Part shown: positions 1 through 12,065 of the stretch, in pieces
Numbering within the stretch: the first letter of the stretch is position 1
How the letters are laid out: each line of letters begins with the position of its first letter
Assembly (NCBI GenBank): GCA_016618085.1
Contig: JABLTG010000035.1
Location: 112,464 to 132,463 of the forward strand
Direction: 5' to 3'
Source of the DNA: Neovahlkampfia damariscottae
Lineage: Eukaryota
Length of the DNA stretch: 20,000 bases
Notes under the pieces: model-generated
What the model saw: only the letters and a program-made list of their open reading frames with translations
The model's database searches: none
Told to the model about the DNA's origin: nothing
Program-made: the position numbers and the translations under genes

Positions 1-253
1 TTTTTTCTAATTTAAAATCACTTAAATTTTGAATTTCTTCTTCAGTTTCACGATCCAAAATTAATTTTGTTCTCATTTCAATGGCAGGTTCTTGCATTTT
101 TTGAATTTTATCATTTGTTTTCCAAGTTGTCAAAACTATTTTTTTGACAAAATAACCAATTTTTTGTGCTCTTTGATTTGTTTGTGGATAATTTTCAACA
201 TCATTCAAAGCGGAAGTTGCAAATATAGACCAATCATAATAAACCTTTACCTT
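1..253 (-). CDS. Partial coding exon of an unknown protein, running off the left edge
   Basis: The minus frame is open from a TAG (possible splice acceptor, ~254-256) to position 1: KVKVYYDWSIFATSALNDVENYPQTNQRAQKIGYFVKKIVLTTWKTNDKIQKMQEPAIEMRTKLILDRETEEEIQNLSDFKLEK. The upstream exon and start (~278-305) cannot be resolved cleanly. No family recognised. Confidence 0.5.
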
Positions 254-339
254 CTAAGTAAGAGTGAGTACGAATACCCCATATTCTCTTTCTCTTTCAG
301 TTCATTTCAAATGACCAACTTCTCTCAAAGAAAATTCAA

Positions 340-497
340 CCAATAAACAATGTTTGTTGGATTAGAAGGAATTTTGAACCTGTTTTGAATCAGTAGGTGA
401 AAACTCCCAAGTTTGAAATTGTAACCAATCATTTTGGAGAAATTTAACAGAAGGACATTCTATGATTGGTTGATGACATCTATAAAAAGAGACCAAT
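340..497. promoter_or_regulatory. Divergent promoter region with four CCAAT boxes and a TATA-like element
   Basis: CCAAT at 340, 425 and 493; ATTGG at 465; TATAAAA at 481-487, upstream of the P450 ATG at 532. Confidence 0.55.
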
Positions 498-531
498 CGG
501 ATAAACAGTTGAACTCAAGAATTACAAGAAT

Positions 532-1917
532 ATGAGCACAATAACAGCTGCACTAATTTTCGTTTTAACTATTTTGTTGCTTTGCACACTTACTCTTTAC
601 TATTACAATGGATTTTCAACTGCAAAAGGTGAACCAACGCTCCTCAGAGGTACTATTCCAGTTTTTGGAGTCATGTTTGAACTTGAAAGAAAAGGACTAT
701 ACCAATTTGTTCTTGACAATGTAAAAAAATATGGCAGTATCTTCACAGTATTTCTCTTGGGTAAAAGAATTCATGTCATTTCAGACTACAATGCATGCAT
801 ACTCACAAATTCAAAGAAAACCTAAACTTTTTTCATTTCTTCCAAGGAGTCGAATTTGCATCAATTTTAAAGCATTCAGATGATTTTGAAAATGAAGGAG
901 TTCGTAGTGAAGTCATTGATCCTGTAAAGAAATTTCTAATGGGAGATGGATTGGAAGTTTTAACCAAAGAATATGGAAGACGCGTTGTTGAAAAATTCAA
1001 GGAAGAATTCAAAAAAGGAAGTGCAGATGGAAAATCAATGGATGTTGATTTATTAGCATTCACAAGAAAAGAATTGTATTATTCAAGCGGAAAATCATTA
1101 TTGGGAAGAAAATTTGATGTTGATGCAACACAAGAAGATTTTTTTTGCTTTTGATGACAATTCGAAAATTTTTATTTTAGGAATCCAGAAATCTTCACCA
1201 AAAGTATTTTCGAAGCAAGAGAAAGAGTATTGGAAAAACTGGGACAATGCGATTTGAAAAATGAAGCATGTGGGTATGTAAAAAGTGGAATTCAAAATAA
1301 ATCAGAAGAGAAAGCTGCAAACAATGGTTTTGGAATCTTAGGGTTTCACAAACAAATTCAATTAATGGTGGATTTTGGACATTTTACAACATTTTGAAGA
1401 ATGATGAATTAAAAAAACAAATTACTGCTGAAATTTCAGAACAATTTTCAGTTGAAGAATATGAAAAATCTATTGATTCAATGAAATATTTACATGGTGC
1501 CTATCTCGAAACAATGAGATTTCATAATTTAGGCGTATCTATGAGAGAAGCATTGGAAGATACAAAAGTTGAAGTTGGCACAAAATCATTCAACATTAGA
1601 AAGGAGATAGAATCTATATGCTCCCAGTTGCCTACAAAGATCCAGAAGTTTTTCCAAATCCTGAGAAATTTGATGCAACTAGATACATTGGAAAACAATC
1701 AGAAAAGATGATCAAACCAACCATTCCATTTGGAGGTGGTGTCCATATGTGCCCAGGAAGATTTTTTGCGATTAATGAAATCAAATTGTTTTCAATTTTA
1801 ATGTTAAAACATTTTGATTGTGAATTAATTGAATATAAGACCTTGAAAAATAATTATGCAAGTCTTGCTTATTTACCACCTGTTGGTGATATTAAAATGA
1901 GAATTACAAGAAAATAA
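532..1917 (+). pseudogene. Cytochrome P450, CYP7/CYP8/CYP39-clan-like, disrupted by five single-base indels (pseudogene or assembly error)
   Basis: N-terminal TM anchor. After frame correction the I-helix reads GILWVSQTNSINGGFWTFYNILKN (cf. CYP7 LWASQANT). ExxR is ETMR, the meander is DPEVFPNPEKFDATRY, and the heme motif is PFGGGVHMCPGRFFAINEIK. Frameshifts lie near 813-815, 1139-1146, 1185, 1341 and 1600-1602, with no GT-AG intron explaining them. Confidence 0.85.
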
Positions 1918-1923
1918 AAATGT

Positions 1924-4900
1924 TTAAAAATAATATTTAATATCGTATTCATTTCTTTTAGTTGAATAATCTAATTTCATTTTGATTGTAGGATTATTTG
2001 AAATTTTTGTTAAATTTCTGACAATTTTTGAACGAAATTTATTTTTTGATTTTTTGTTTAACATTGAATTGTCATCATAATATTCTTCATTCACGTTGGT
2101 TGATATGTCCCCAAAAATTAAATCAAGAAATTCAATTTTTTTTTCATCAGAAAGAATATGAGAAATGAAGCATCTAAATTTGACAAGTTTAATATTTTCT
2201 TCAGTTTGAATATTTAAATCTGTTGGATTCACTTGATTATCAATTGATTTTGCAGATAAATAAAAATCATCTAATTAATGTTTGTTAATACTAGAATTGA
2301 ATTATTACTGTCTCTAGTGACATCACGAATATAGTCCCATGCTTTTCTTGGATTTATCAAACCAAAATTAAATATCCATTCAATTATTGGAAGTAATTTC
2401 TTTCTATAAAGATCACCTACTTTTCCTTGACTTGTTTCAACTTCAAAATCTGTGTTTTGATCATTTTCTTCTAATTTATCTGTATAATAGTCCAACTGAA
2501 TTTAAAAATTAAAAATCAATTTAAAATACCATTTCATCATAGACATCACGAAGTTCTTCATTAATTTCATCTTCACTCATTTTTGAAATGTCCAAAGCTT
2601 TCATTTTTTTATCAAAGAAACTTATTGTTGGAAGCATTGAAGATTTTTCAATATCTTTATCAGATTTCAAATGTTCATCATTTTCTTCTTCTTCTTCTTC
2701 ATCATCTATTGGATCATCAGGTACTAAATTAGCATTACTTGAATTCATCCATGTATCAACAGTCTTATTTACTTTGAATTTATATAATAGTTTTCTTAAA
2801 TCATGACCAATTTGAGAAATTGCAGAATGATAAATGATTAATTCTTCAGAAGCATCTTTTAACCAATCAATATCATCATATTCAATATCTAAAAATTCTT
2901 TTGGAATATCATCAAGTCTTTTTACAGATTCTTCAATTTTTAAATTCAATTTTTCTATATGATCTTTTGTACCAATATCACCAGTTTCTGAAAATGAATT
3001 TAATGATTTTTCCATATCAATTGAAGTGACTAATTTTGAAATTAAAAGTAAATGATGATAATTTCCATTTAAAATTTCAGAATTTTCTTGATTTTCAATT
3101 GATTCAACCCATAATTTTAAAAGTAAATATGCAGTTGATTTAAAATATTTGTATTTTTGTGCTTGAGCTAATAAATTTTTTCTTTGTACTTGAAGTCCTG
3201 AAATATAAGTTGAATTTAACTCTTGAGATGTAGTTAATTCTTCACATTGATTTTCTAATAATGATAACATTTTACTTTTTAATTGAAGTTCTTCATCAAT
3301 TTCACTACATATTTTTTGAGCTCTAACTCTAATATGAAATAAAGGTGGAAAATCTGATGTTAAATTTATAATTGACAATAATTCTTTTTTATTTCTTTCT
3401 CTCATTGATTTACTAATATCTTCTCTATATTTTAATTGTTCTTTTAATTTAGTTTTATATTTCTTTGCATCATCATAAACAAAATTCATACTTTTTTGAA
3501 TATATTCATCTGATGATTTTGTTGAACCACATTCTAATAAAATAGAATCAATTAAATTCATATCTTCTTGATTATATGCAATTCTAATTTGTTTTTGTAA
3601 ATAAACTCTAAATTCATTAGTTTCTGTATGTGATCGATTTGTAACTTCTTCTCTTCCTAAAACTCTTAAAATTTGAATTTCATAATTATATTTTTTAACA
3701 GTTGTCTTTAATCTCATATATAATCCATCTTCATCTTTTTCTTTTTGTATTTTTATTTTTACTTTACTATATCTATCAGAATCAGTTTGATCAGGATACA
3801 AAATAAAAGGTGGAAATGTTGTTGAACTAACACAACTTTCAATTGAATGTGTTGTTGTATTTTCAATATCTAATTGTGCCTTCCAAGGATGTCTATCATC
3901 AAAAAATAATTTTTTAATTTTAACATAAAATACACCAGGTCCCAACTAAAAATTGTTAAATTATCAATTGTTTTTTTACATCACTCATTAAATGTGAAAT
4001 TTTGATTTCTTCATCTGCATTCCATAATGAAATCCATTGTGAAAATGCTACTTCATGTGTTTGTTTAATATTAATTTGAATTCTTTGTTCATTTTCTTTT
4101 TCTTTTTTAACATCTAATGTTTGTCCAAATAAAAGTAATTCTTGTGTCATATCAACTGCAATTTTTACACTAATCTTTAATAAAAATAATGTTTCAATTG
4201 ATCTTCCAATAGCTTCAATAAATTTTACATCAGGTTCAAATGTTTCTTCTATTTTAAAAAAAAAAATCAAAGAAAGAAAATATCAAACCTAATTTTGAAG
4301 TAGTTTCCCAAATTGGTGTTTCACGATTATGTTCTTCAAATATTTGATAAGTTATATCAATTTCACCTTTTTTTTTTTCACGAAATAATTGTACAAGATG
4401 TCCCCCTGCTTTAACCCAAAAATAAAATTCAAGACCTTCAGAATATAAACATCCTTCACTTGTATGCTCTTCTTCTAAAATATTCATTTCACTTAAATTT
4501 TTATCTTGTATTGTTTCAAATGTCTCTAAACGATACTCTTTAATTCTTAAGAATTTATCATTTGAATTTAATGAATCAAAATCTTCACCTAATTCTTGTG
4601 GACCCAAAGGAATATCTAAAAATGATGAAAATCCATCTGAAGGTGCATTAAAATTTCCTCCTGATTTTATATGTGATTCTAACATACTTAAACCAGATTG
4701 TGGTAATTTTGAATTTGAAATTGAAAATGAAGCTGTTTCATCATATCCACGTGGTGTTTTAGGTAAATTTTTTGTTGCTCTTGGTGAAAAAAGATTTTTA
4801 AGTGAAAAACGTGGACTAATAGGTGATGGTTGATGTTTGTTAAATCTTGGTGAAACTTCAGGTGATTTAATAACGTTCTTTTTTGGACTGAATATTGAAA

Positions 4901-5228
4901 AACGAGGTGATTTTGTGTTCCCAATTATTTCTGGTGTTTCTTCTTTTTTTGCTCCAAAGAGAGAAAACCTTCTTGATTTTTTTTCTTTTTTTTCTAGATT
5001 TATTTTTGGAATTGACATATCTTCTCTTTTTGAGTTTATTGGACTTAAGTTTGGATTGGAAAAGTCTGGTATGGATTCAGTCCTTGTTTGATCAATTAAA
5101 CTATAACTCTTTGGTTTTGTTTTTGGTGAAAAAGCGCTTAACTTTGGTGAATCAATTTCATCATAATTTTCAACTTCATCCTCCTCTTCTTTTGTATCTG
5201 GTAAGAATTGTAACTTCGGACTGGTCAT
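1924..5228 (-). CDS. ~1050-aa protein: Ser/Pro-rich N-terminus, coiled-coil middle, C-terminal RUN domain; 5 exons
   Basis: ATG at 5228. GT-AG introns 4249-4288, 3946-3979, 2496-2529 and 2271-2308 join five ORF-track fragments in frame. The C-terminus has RUN-like blocks LLPIIEWIFNFGL / AWDYI / KFRCFISHILSDEKKIEFLDLIF / EEYYDDNSML / IVRNLTKI (recognised by eye). Confidence 0.7.
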
Positions 5229-5246
5229 AAAGACGTTGAAAAAGTT

Positions 5247-5262
5247 ATTGGTTTTTGATTGG
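5247..5262 (-). promoter_or_regulatory. Tandem CCAAT boxes upstream of the RUN-domain gene
   Basis: The minus strand reads AGCCAATCAAAAACCAAT, 19-34 nt before ATG 5228. Confidence 0.55.
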
Positions 5263-5308
5263 CTAAAATCATCTCCAAACAAAGTAGTTAAAATGATCCA
5301 AAAATTTA

Positions 5309-7089
5309 TTAGTATCCACCTTGATCTTTGAATAATTCATCAATCTTTTGATTATTTGGATTTACTTTTCCAACAATTTCAGGATTAGCTTCAATAAGTC
5401 TATCCCAAATGATATCAGTCATGTACATTTGTCCTAATTGTGAAGGATGGAAACCATCAAAAGGTTCAATTAAATCTATTAGATATGTTAATAATCAAAT
5501 TAATAAAAACCTTTAAAATCCACTCCTTTCGATTTTGCCATGTCAAGCATGTCTTTAATTGGGAAAGGTTGATAATACATTTTGAAATTTTCATAAGTTT
5601 TTTCTTTCATAATCTAAAGAAATTGTGAATGATCATTAACTTACTCTTGCATATTGTGCATTTAATTCTTCAGCTCTTCTTGATCCATGATTTCTCCATG
5701 TTTCATTTGTATTTAACCATAACCAACATGGATTGGATTCCATGCAACTTAAATAATCATAAACATTTGCATATGTCGGTCCTAATGGGTGTGTTTCATT
5801 GTGTAATCCATTATATAAGATTCTACCATCAACTAGACCAATAAAAATGACAAAGGAACCTAAAATGATTAATTAAGATTCTTTTACCTTTTGGAAGTCT
5901 TTGTTCAAATGTTTCAAGAGCTTTGAGTACATTTTGATAAAAAACTTGTGGATCCGTTCCACGTCCAGTTGATCTTGGTGTACAAATATCATTTCCAACT
6001 GGAGCATAAAAAACAATAGCAGGATGATCATTTTGTTTGTTTCTGTGCATCGTTTTTGCAATTTTGGATCCCATAGCACCACTTCTTGCCCCATTGACAC
6101 AAATATTTTGATAATCTCTATGATTACATCTATTTCTTTCTTTAAGTCTCATGTAAATTGATTTAACACGGCCTGGATTATCACCTGTATCATCTTGTTT
6201 GTAACCTGTTGCCCAAGACATATGTGGAAAATCTAATTCTCTTTCAATCAATCCATAAAGATTTTTGAATGTATTTGAAGTCCAAGATGTTGCATTTGCA
6301 TAATTTTCAGGAATTCTGAAGATGTTTAGATATATAATTTGAATCATACCTGAAATGTGCCCCCGCACTGTCACCTACAATGATTACACCTCTTTGATCT
6401 GAACCTTCACATAATTCTTTTTTTCTTGGCACTCCTTGTTCATTCTTTCCATGAATTCCATTACAATTGTAGTCAATATCTTGATTTTCAAAACCTAATT
6501 TTCTTCCTGGATAAATGTTGCTATTTCTGTCGTTACAATCTTTTCCTCTCCAAGCTGTACCTCTTAAACCATATGAAGTGGCAAATAAATCTCTATCAGT
6601 ATCTGAAAATGGAATATGATTTTCAAATACTTTAATTAAGCCTTCAAGCCCAAGGAATTTGAGTACTTTTCTCCACCAAGCTTCTAATTGTGGTCCAAGT
6701 TTTTGTAATAAAACACTATTGACTTCTGGTAAAGACTCTTGTTCATATCGTTTTGAAGGAGTGAACATATTACATTTTTTACTTTTGCAGATTGAAATTA
6801 CTCTACAGACATTATCAGGACTAGCACCACGTTCAAATTCACGAATAATTACACCAGCAAAAACGGCCATGAATAATTTACAAGGAACTTTAAATTGGTC
6901 TGGTAAATATGAACAAACTTTGTCAACCGCTCTTCTCACATTACCTTCTTTTTTTGCAATATCTTGAACTATTTTCATACCAATAGTACAAGCAATACAT
7001 CCTGCACCACCAGTTTTTTCTTTAGGTTGAGCTACAACATATGTAGTAAATAACAAAACCAGTAAACAAACAACAGTTTTTTTCAACAT
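5309..7089 (-). CDS. AOAH: Acyloxyacyl hydrolase (saposin-B domain plus GDSL lipase); 5 exons
   Basis: Signal peptide and saposin Cys pattern (CIAC...VC...C...VC..I.IC). AOAH motifs WRGKDCND, DYNCNGIHG, GDSAGAHFRIP, VNGARS, GNDIC, LIEPFDGFHPSQ, and the C-terminus DQGGY*. Introns 6316-6349, 5860-5887, 5614-5644, 5476-5510. Confidence 0.95.
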
Positions 7090-7162
7090 TTTGGAGTTCT
7101 AAAAACGTTGATTGGTTTATTTTTGAACTGACTGACGCATCAAAATAAAATTTTTATTCAAA

Positions 7163-9031
7163 TCAAATCGGTTCTGTATTAATATTCAACCAACTCAATG
7201 TTTTTTCATCATCATTTAATGAATCTTTGAGTTTATTATAACAAAATTCATTGTAATTATTTACCCATTCAATTTCTTTCTTTGTCAATAAGGTGGAATC
7301 AATCAATTTTGTCTAATTTTTTTTTTGAATTATTTTATGAACTTACTTGTATTGGAACACAGGTAATATGTTCAAATTCAAAAAATTTAGTATCAGACTT
7401 ATATTTAGTTTCAGATTCTTTGACAATCATAATGTTCTCAATTCTAATACCAAATTTACCAGATTCATAATAACCAGGTTCTTTAATATAAAATTTTTTC
7501 CAAAAATCTTACCGTTTGTAACAACCATATTTTTTTCAAATTTTACTTTTGAACTATCTCTACTTCCAATACCTGAAATGAGAATTAAAATTTTTTAGAA
7601 TCAAAAATACCATGTGGTCCTTCATGAACATTTAAAAAATGACCAACTCCATGACCAACTCCATGTTTAAAATCTTGTCCATTTTTCCATAAATGCATTC
7701 TTGCAACTAAATCCAATCTATTTCCCGTTGTTCCATGAGGGAATATTAAACTGTCTAATTCAATATGACCTTTTAACACATTTGTAAAGCATTCTTTTTC
7801 ATAATCTGTTGGTTCTCCAAAATGAACAGTTCTAGTTGTATCAGTTGTACCATCAAGATATTGTGCTCCTGAATCAAGAAGAAATATTTCTTTATCATTA
7901 ATTTTAGCACATTTTTCTTTTTCAGGTGAATAATGAATGATAGCTCCATTTGATCCCATTCCACTAATTGTTGAAAATGATAAAGAAACATAATCTTTTT
8001 GTTGACTTCTCAAAAATTCTAAATGATCAGCAACTGAAACCTCTGTTAAATTTTCATTTCCATTTTTTAATTCTTCTTCCAACCAACAAAAGAATTTAAC
8101 AAGTGCAACGCCATCTCTTACTTGACAATCTCTCATTCCTTGAAGTTCTATTTCATTTTTAATCCCTTTTGAAATTGCTATTGGTGATTTTTCTTCATGA
8201 GGATTCTTAATTGATTTGTATAATGAAATACTAGATGAATTGATATCAATCCAAACCTTTTCTTCAATTTTATTCAAAAAATTCAATATTTCATTGTAAG
8301 GTTTTAGTTCAAATCCATCTAAATCCATTTTTATTTTTTTATCCGAAAATAAAAATATTTTGTCTTGTGAAATGATCAAGTAACTTAAAAATACCGGATT
8401 ATAGCTAATATCACTTCCTCTTAAGTTCAAAACCCATGCTACTTCATCCAATGCACTTAAGAGAATATAACTTGTTGAATTTTCTTTCATTTTTTGACGA
8501 ATATCTTCAATCTTGTTTTTTGATTCAACACCTGAATATTTAACATCTAAGTGGAAAACAAGATTTTCTGGGAAAGAAGGTTGACTTTCCCAAATTTGAT
8601 CAACTAAATTTTCTGGAACAATTTCAATTTTTGATTCTTTAGATAAATTTTTGTAACTTTCAACTGAGAATAAAAGACCATCAATTCCAATTGTTTTTTC
8701 TTTCAAATTATTTTTCAAATAAGTTTTTAAATCAACATCTATTCCTTGTTTCATTAATTTCCACTCCTTATCAAGTTCATTTTCTGCTTGCAAAAAATAT
8801 CTTCCATCTGTCCATAAAAGGGCTTCATCTTTTGTTATCAAAGCAGTACCTGCTGATCCACTGAAATTTGAAACAAATTCTCTTCTTTGATCTCTTTTGG
8901 TTACATACTCACTCTATTTTGTTTAATTTTTTTTGTTTTCACTTTACTTGATGAGCGTCTTCACTTGGAACAATGTAACCATCAATTTTAAATTTTGTAA
9001 ACAATTCTCTGAGTTTTGTTAACTTTGACAT
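7163..9031 (-). CDS. XPNPEP1: Xaa-Pro aminopeptidase (aminopeptidase P, M24B); 5 exons
   Basis: Motifs VPSEDAHQSEY, FSGSAG, WTDGRY, LNLRGSDI, DSGAQYLDGTTDTTRT, HGVGHGVGHFLNVHEGPHG and NEPGYYESGKFGIRIEN. Introns 8914-8947, 7573-7610, 7481-7512, 7313-7346. Confidence 0.95.
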
Positions 9032-9084
9032 TGACCCAAAAAACCCTTTTGACCAATTAAAAATTATTTTCAAAATTAAATCAT

Positions 9085-10060
9085 TTATTGACTTTTATTT
9101 TGTGCATCTTTTTCTCTTTGAATTTTTTTCAAAATAGCTTTACGTGTTCTAGCCATTTGTCCAAAAACATAGTTTTGTCTTAATCTTTCAGGTATTAAAA
9201 ACATAATATTTTGAACAAGTGAATGTGTCCAAACTGGTGAATGTTCTAAAGGTAATAAACCATTTCCAATTGAATTTACAACTTTTTTTGCAAATTGTCT
9301 TGCGCTTGGAATGAACATTGATGTTTTTTTAAATCCAGTCATGTTTGATTGAACGTACATTGGTAATAATGACATAACTTCAATTCCTTGTTTTTGATAT
9401 TCACTTTTGAGTGAAATTGAGAAAGCATTATTGAATGATTTTGTTGCTGAATAAACAGATAAGAAAGGAGTTGGGTGTTGTGCTGTATATGAACTTAAAT
9501 TTATGACCACACCTTTTTTTCTTGAAACCATACCAGGAAGAATTGTTCTTGTAACATTTAATGTTGAGTTAATATTGACATTAACCAAAGATTCACATTC
9601 TTCTTCTGTGATATCCAAGAAGAGTTCAGGAACTGCAGTATTAATACCTACGTTATTTACTAAAACTGTAATATCAAGTCCTTCAGTTTGTTTTTTAAAG
9701 TCTGAATAGTCTTCTTGTGTGACAGTTGAAAAATCAATAGCAATACATTTTGTTGCAATTTTGTGATCTTTTTCCAAGTCCATAGCTAATCTATCAAGTT
9801 TATTTTTTGATCTTGAAACTAATACAATGTTAAGTCCTTTGCTAGCAAGTTCTTCAGCCATTCCTTCACCAATACCAGCAGTTGCTCCTGTGACAACTGT
9901 GAAAGTATTAATTATTTCTTTTTATTTTACCAGCCCATGAACCAGCAAGTTTTTTAATTTTTGATGATGTATAAAAAAATTGATTATAGAACCAAATTGA
10001 AAGTTGAACAAACCAGTAAACTAAAACGAAACTACCGACATAAACAACAAAAGACGCCAT
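9085..10060 (-). CDS. HSD17B12: Very-long-chain 3-ketoacyl-CoA reductase (SDR family; KCR/HSD17B12/IFA38-like); 2 exons
   Basis: N-terminal TM segment. WAVVTGATAGIG is formed across intron 9897-9930. Also VLVNNVGI and catalytic YSATK. Confidence 0.85.
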
Positions 10061-10152
10061 AACGGAAATCGAACAACAAAAAATAAATGATTGGATGGGA
10101 GAATAAATAACCAATTAGAGTAGTCAAAAATTTCCTTCCAACTACAAAGTTC
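10061..10152. promoter_or_regulatory. 92-bp bidirectional promoter (KCR / ERCC1) with opposed CCAAT boxes
   Basis: ATTGG at 10090-10094 and CCAAT at 10111-10115 lie between divergent ATGs. Confidence 0.55.
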
Positions 10153-11145
10153 ATGGATAAAATTGAAATACCAGATTTTGAAGACGAAGAACAAGAAAAA
10201 AATGAAAACTCTGTACAGGAATCTGTAAAATATTTTCAATCTGTAAAAAAGATTGTTGAAGAAAAAAATAAAATGAAATCAAAGCCTTTGATTCCAGTTG
10301 GAGTAATAAAACCGAAAGTACCTTTCAAAAAACCTTTACAATCCACAAATATCCGTAAAAATGAACCTATTTCAGCATACCCAACTGATAAAAATACAAT
10401 TTTTGTGAGTAGCAGACAAGTAATTCAATTATCATGAATATTAAAATTAGGCAAAAAATCCAATGATAAAATATATAAAAAATGTAAAATTATCTTACAA
10501 AGAAGATATGATTCCTGATTTTATTTGTGCTAGAAGTTGTTGCATTTTATTTATTAGTTTAAAATATCATTCATTACACACTGATTATTTAAGAGAAAGG
10601 ATAAAAAGTTTAGGAAGTTTATTTTCATTAAGAGTTATTTTATGTAAAGTTGATTGTAGTGATTATGAAACTTCTTTACAAAGTTTAAACGAATTAACAT
10701 TTTTGGGTGATTGTACATTAGTTTTAAGTTGGAGTGACCAAGAAGCAGCTAAATATGTTGAGTTATATAAAATTTATGAAAATAAATCAGCGACTTTAAT
10801 ACAAACGAAAATTGAAAATGAATACATTCCAAGGGTAATTTTGATCAATTTTTTTGATTTTTTAATTTAGTTACAAGATACTTTAACAGCTATTAGATCA
10901 GTAAATAAAACAGACTCAATCACCCTCGCAACAAATTTTGGAGTAATTCCTCATTCTTTTTTTTAACTTTTTCTGAAAAGTCTTTGAAATCTATAATGTC
11001 AGCATCTGTAGAAGAATTATCCATTTGTCCTGGTATTGGTGACAAAAAGGTGAAGAGATTACATGACGCTTTTAATGCAAGTTTTAAAAAAGAAAAAAAA
11101 AATTCGTCCAACAAAACGATAAAAGATTTTATTACAAAAAAATAA
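10153..11145 (+). CDS. ERCC1: DNA excision repair protein ERCC1/Rad10; 4 exons
   Basis: Motifs VSSRQAKNPMIKYI, PDF...LFISLKYHSLH, LVLSWSDQEAAKYVELYK, and HhH segments LTAIRSVNKTD and CPGIGDKKVKRL. Introns 10420-10450, 10835-10870, 10943-10980. Confidence 0.93.
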
Positions 11146-11168
11146 AATGACACAAATATTTCATTATT

Positions 11169-11684
11169 TTAATCATTCTTTTTGATTCCAATGATATCTT
11201 CTGATTTAATTTCTGTTACATCACCAACTTTTTTTACAGTTTGACCTTTTGCAGCCAATAGTTCTTCAATATTTTTTCCTGATTGAAACCAGTTCAAATT
11301 ATCAGCAATTAAATGTAAATTTTTACATGATGGACATTGTATTAGAACAACACCATTTTCATATGAATCTTTTGAAAACTGTTTGTAACTTCTTGTCTCA
11401 CAAACTTTGCAAGTTGAAATGATTGCCATCATCGGTTCTGTACTTGTTTCATCTTTTGAAATACCAACACCAATCTTTCCTTCTCTATCAGATGGAACAC
11501 CAATATCATGATGAATTGGTGCTTCATGATCTTTAATATCTTCTTCTGGTGTTAGATCAACTTTTTGGAATCTCTTGATGTTCTTGAAATAAAATCTCTT
11601 TGTTATTTGATTTGAAAAACTGTTTAAAAAACTTTTCTTCTTTTCAAACTTCAATACTTTCAAACAATTCCGGAACAATTTCAT
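11169..11684 (-). CDS. DNLZ: DNL-type zinc finger mitochondrial Hsp70 escort protein (Hep1/Zim17)
   Basis: Motif TCKVCETRS...[31 protein letters not shown]...NIEELL. A basic presequence-like N-terminus starts at ATG 11684. Confidence 0.92.
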   Translation of the reverse strand: MKLFRNCLKVLKFEKKKSFLNSFSNQITKRFYFKNIKRFQKVDLTPEEDIKDHEAPIHHDIGVPSDREGKIGVGISKDETSTEPMMAIISTCKVCETRSYKQFSKDSYENGVVLIQCPSCKNLHLIADNLNWFQSGKNIEELLAAKGQTVKKVGDVTEIKSEDIIGIKKND

Positions 11685-11704
11685 TGGTGAATTATTCGGA
11701 GAAA

Positions 11705-12052
11705 ATGAACAAGAAATCAATACATAGTGAAGGTATCATTTTGGAATAATTTATAAACTGATAATAGTTGGTGTATTTATACAATGGTAAATTAAAAATA
11801 AAAATAATTTCCAAGTGACCAAGCAATGAAACAATACATATTATTTGTAAATTCACAACTAAAAAAAGATGCAGGAAAAGGTATTACAATTATCCCTTCT
11901 TTTTCATATTTTTAGAATTTATTATACAAGATTTAGATGAGACCCATCTTTTTATAAACAAAGAATACGAAATGTACGTACAAGAAAAAATACAAGAATT
12001 ACAAGATAAAACAGCATATGCTAACAATGACAAAAAAGATAAAAAAGAATGA
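11705..12052 (+). CDS. GTF2H5: TFIIH subunit 5 (TFB5/p8/TTDA); 4 exons, absent from the ORF track
   Basis: Exons 11705-11732, 11768-11786, 11816-11880 and 11916-12052 splice to [72 protein letters not shown]..., matching TFB5 GVLIECDPAMKQ / FIIQDIDDTHVF. Confidence 0.9.
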
Positions 12053-12065
12053 AAACCTTTTTTAT

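Noticed and set aside
795..1620. P450 frame breaks as introns or programmed frameshifts
   Set aside because: There is no surplus sequence or GT-AG pair at the breaks. Single-base corrections restore continuous homology, and five recoding sites in one gene is implausible.
11110..11145. PIP-box-like tail on ERCC1 (NKTIKDFI)
   Set aside because: It lacks the consensus Gln and second aromatic, which is too weak without ortholog conservation.
10153..12052. ERCC1 and TFB5 as a nucleotide-excision-repair gene cluster
   Set aside because: They are separated by unrelated DNLZ and share no promoter. Proximity is compatible with chance in a compact genome unless synteny is shown.
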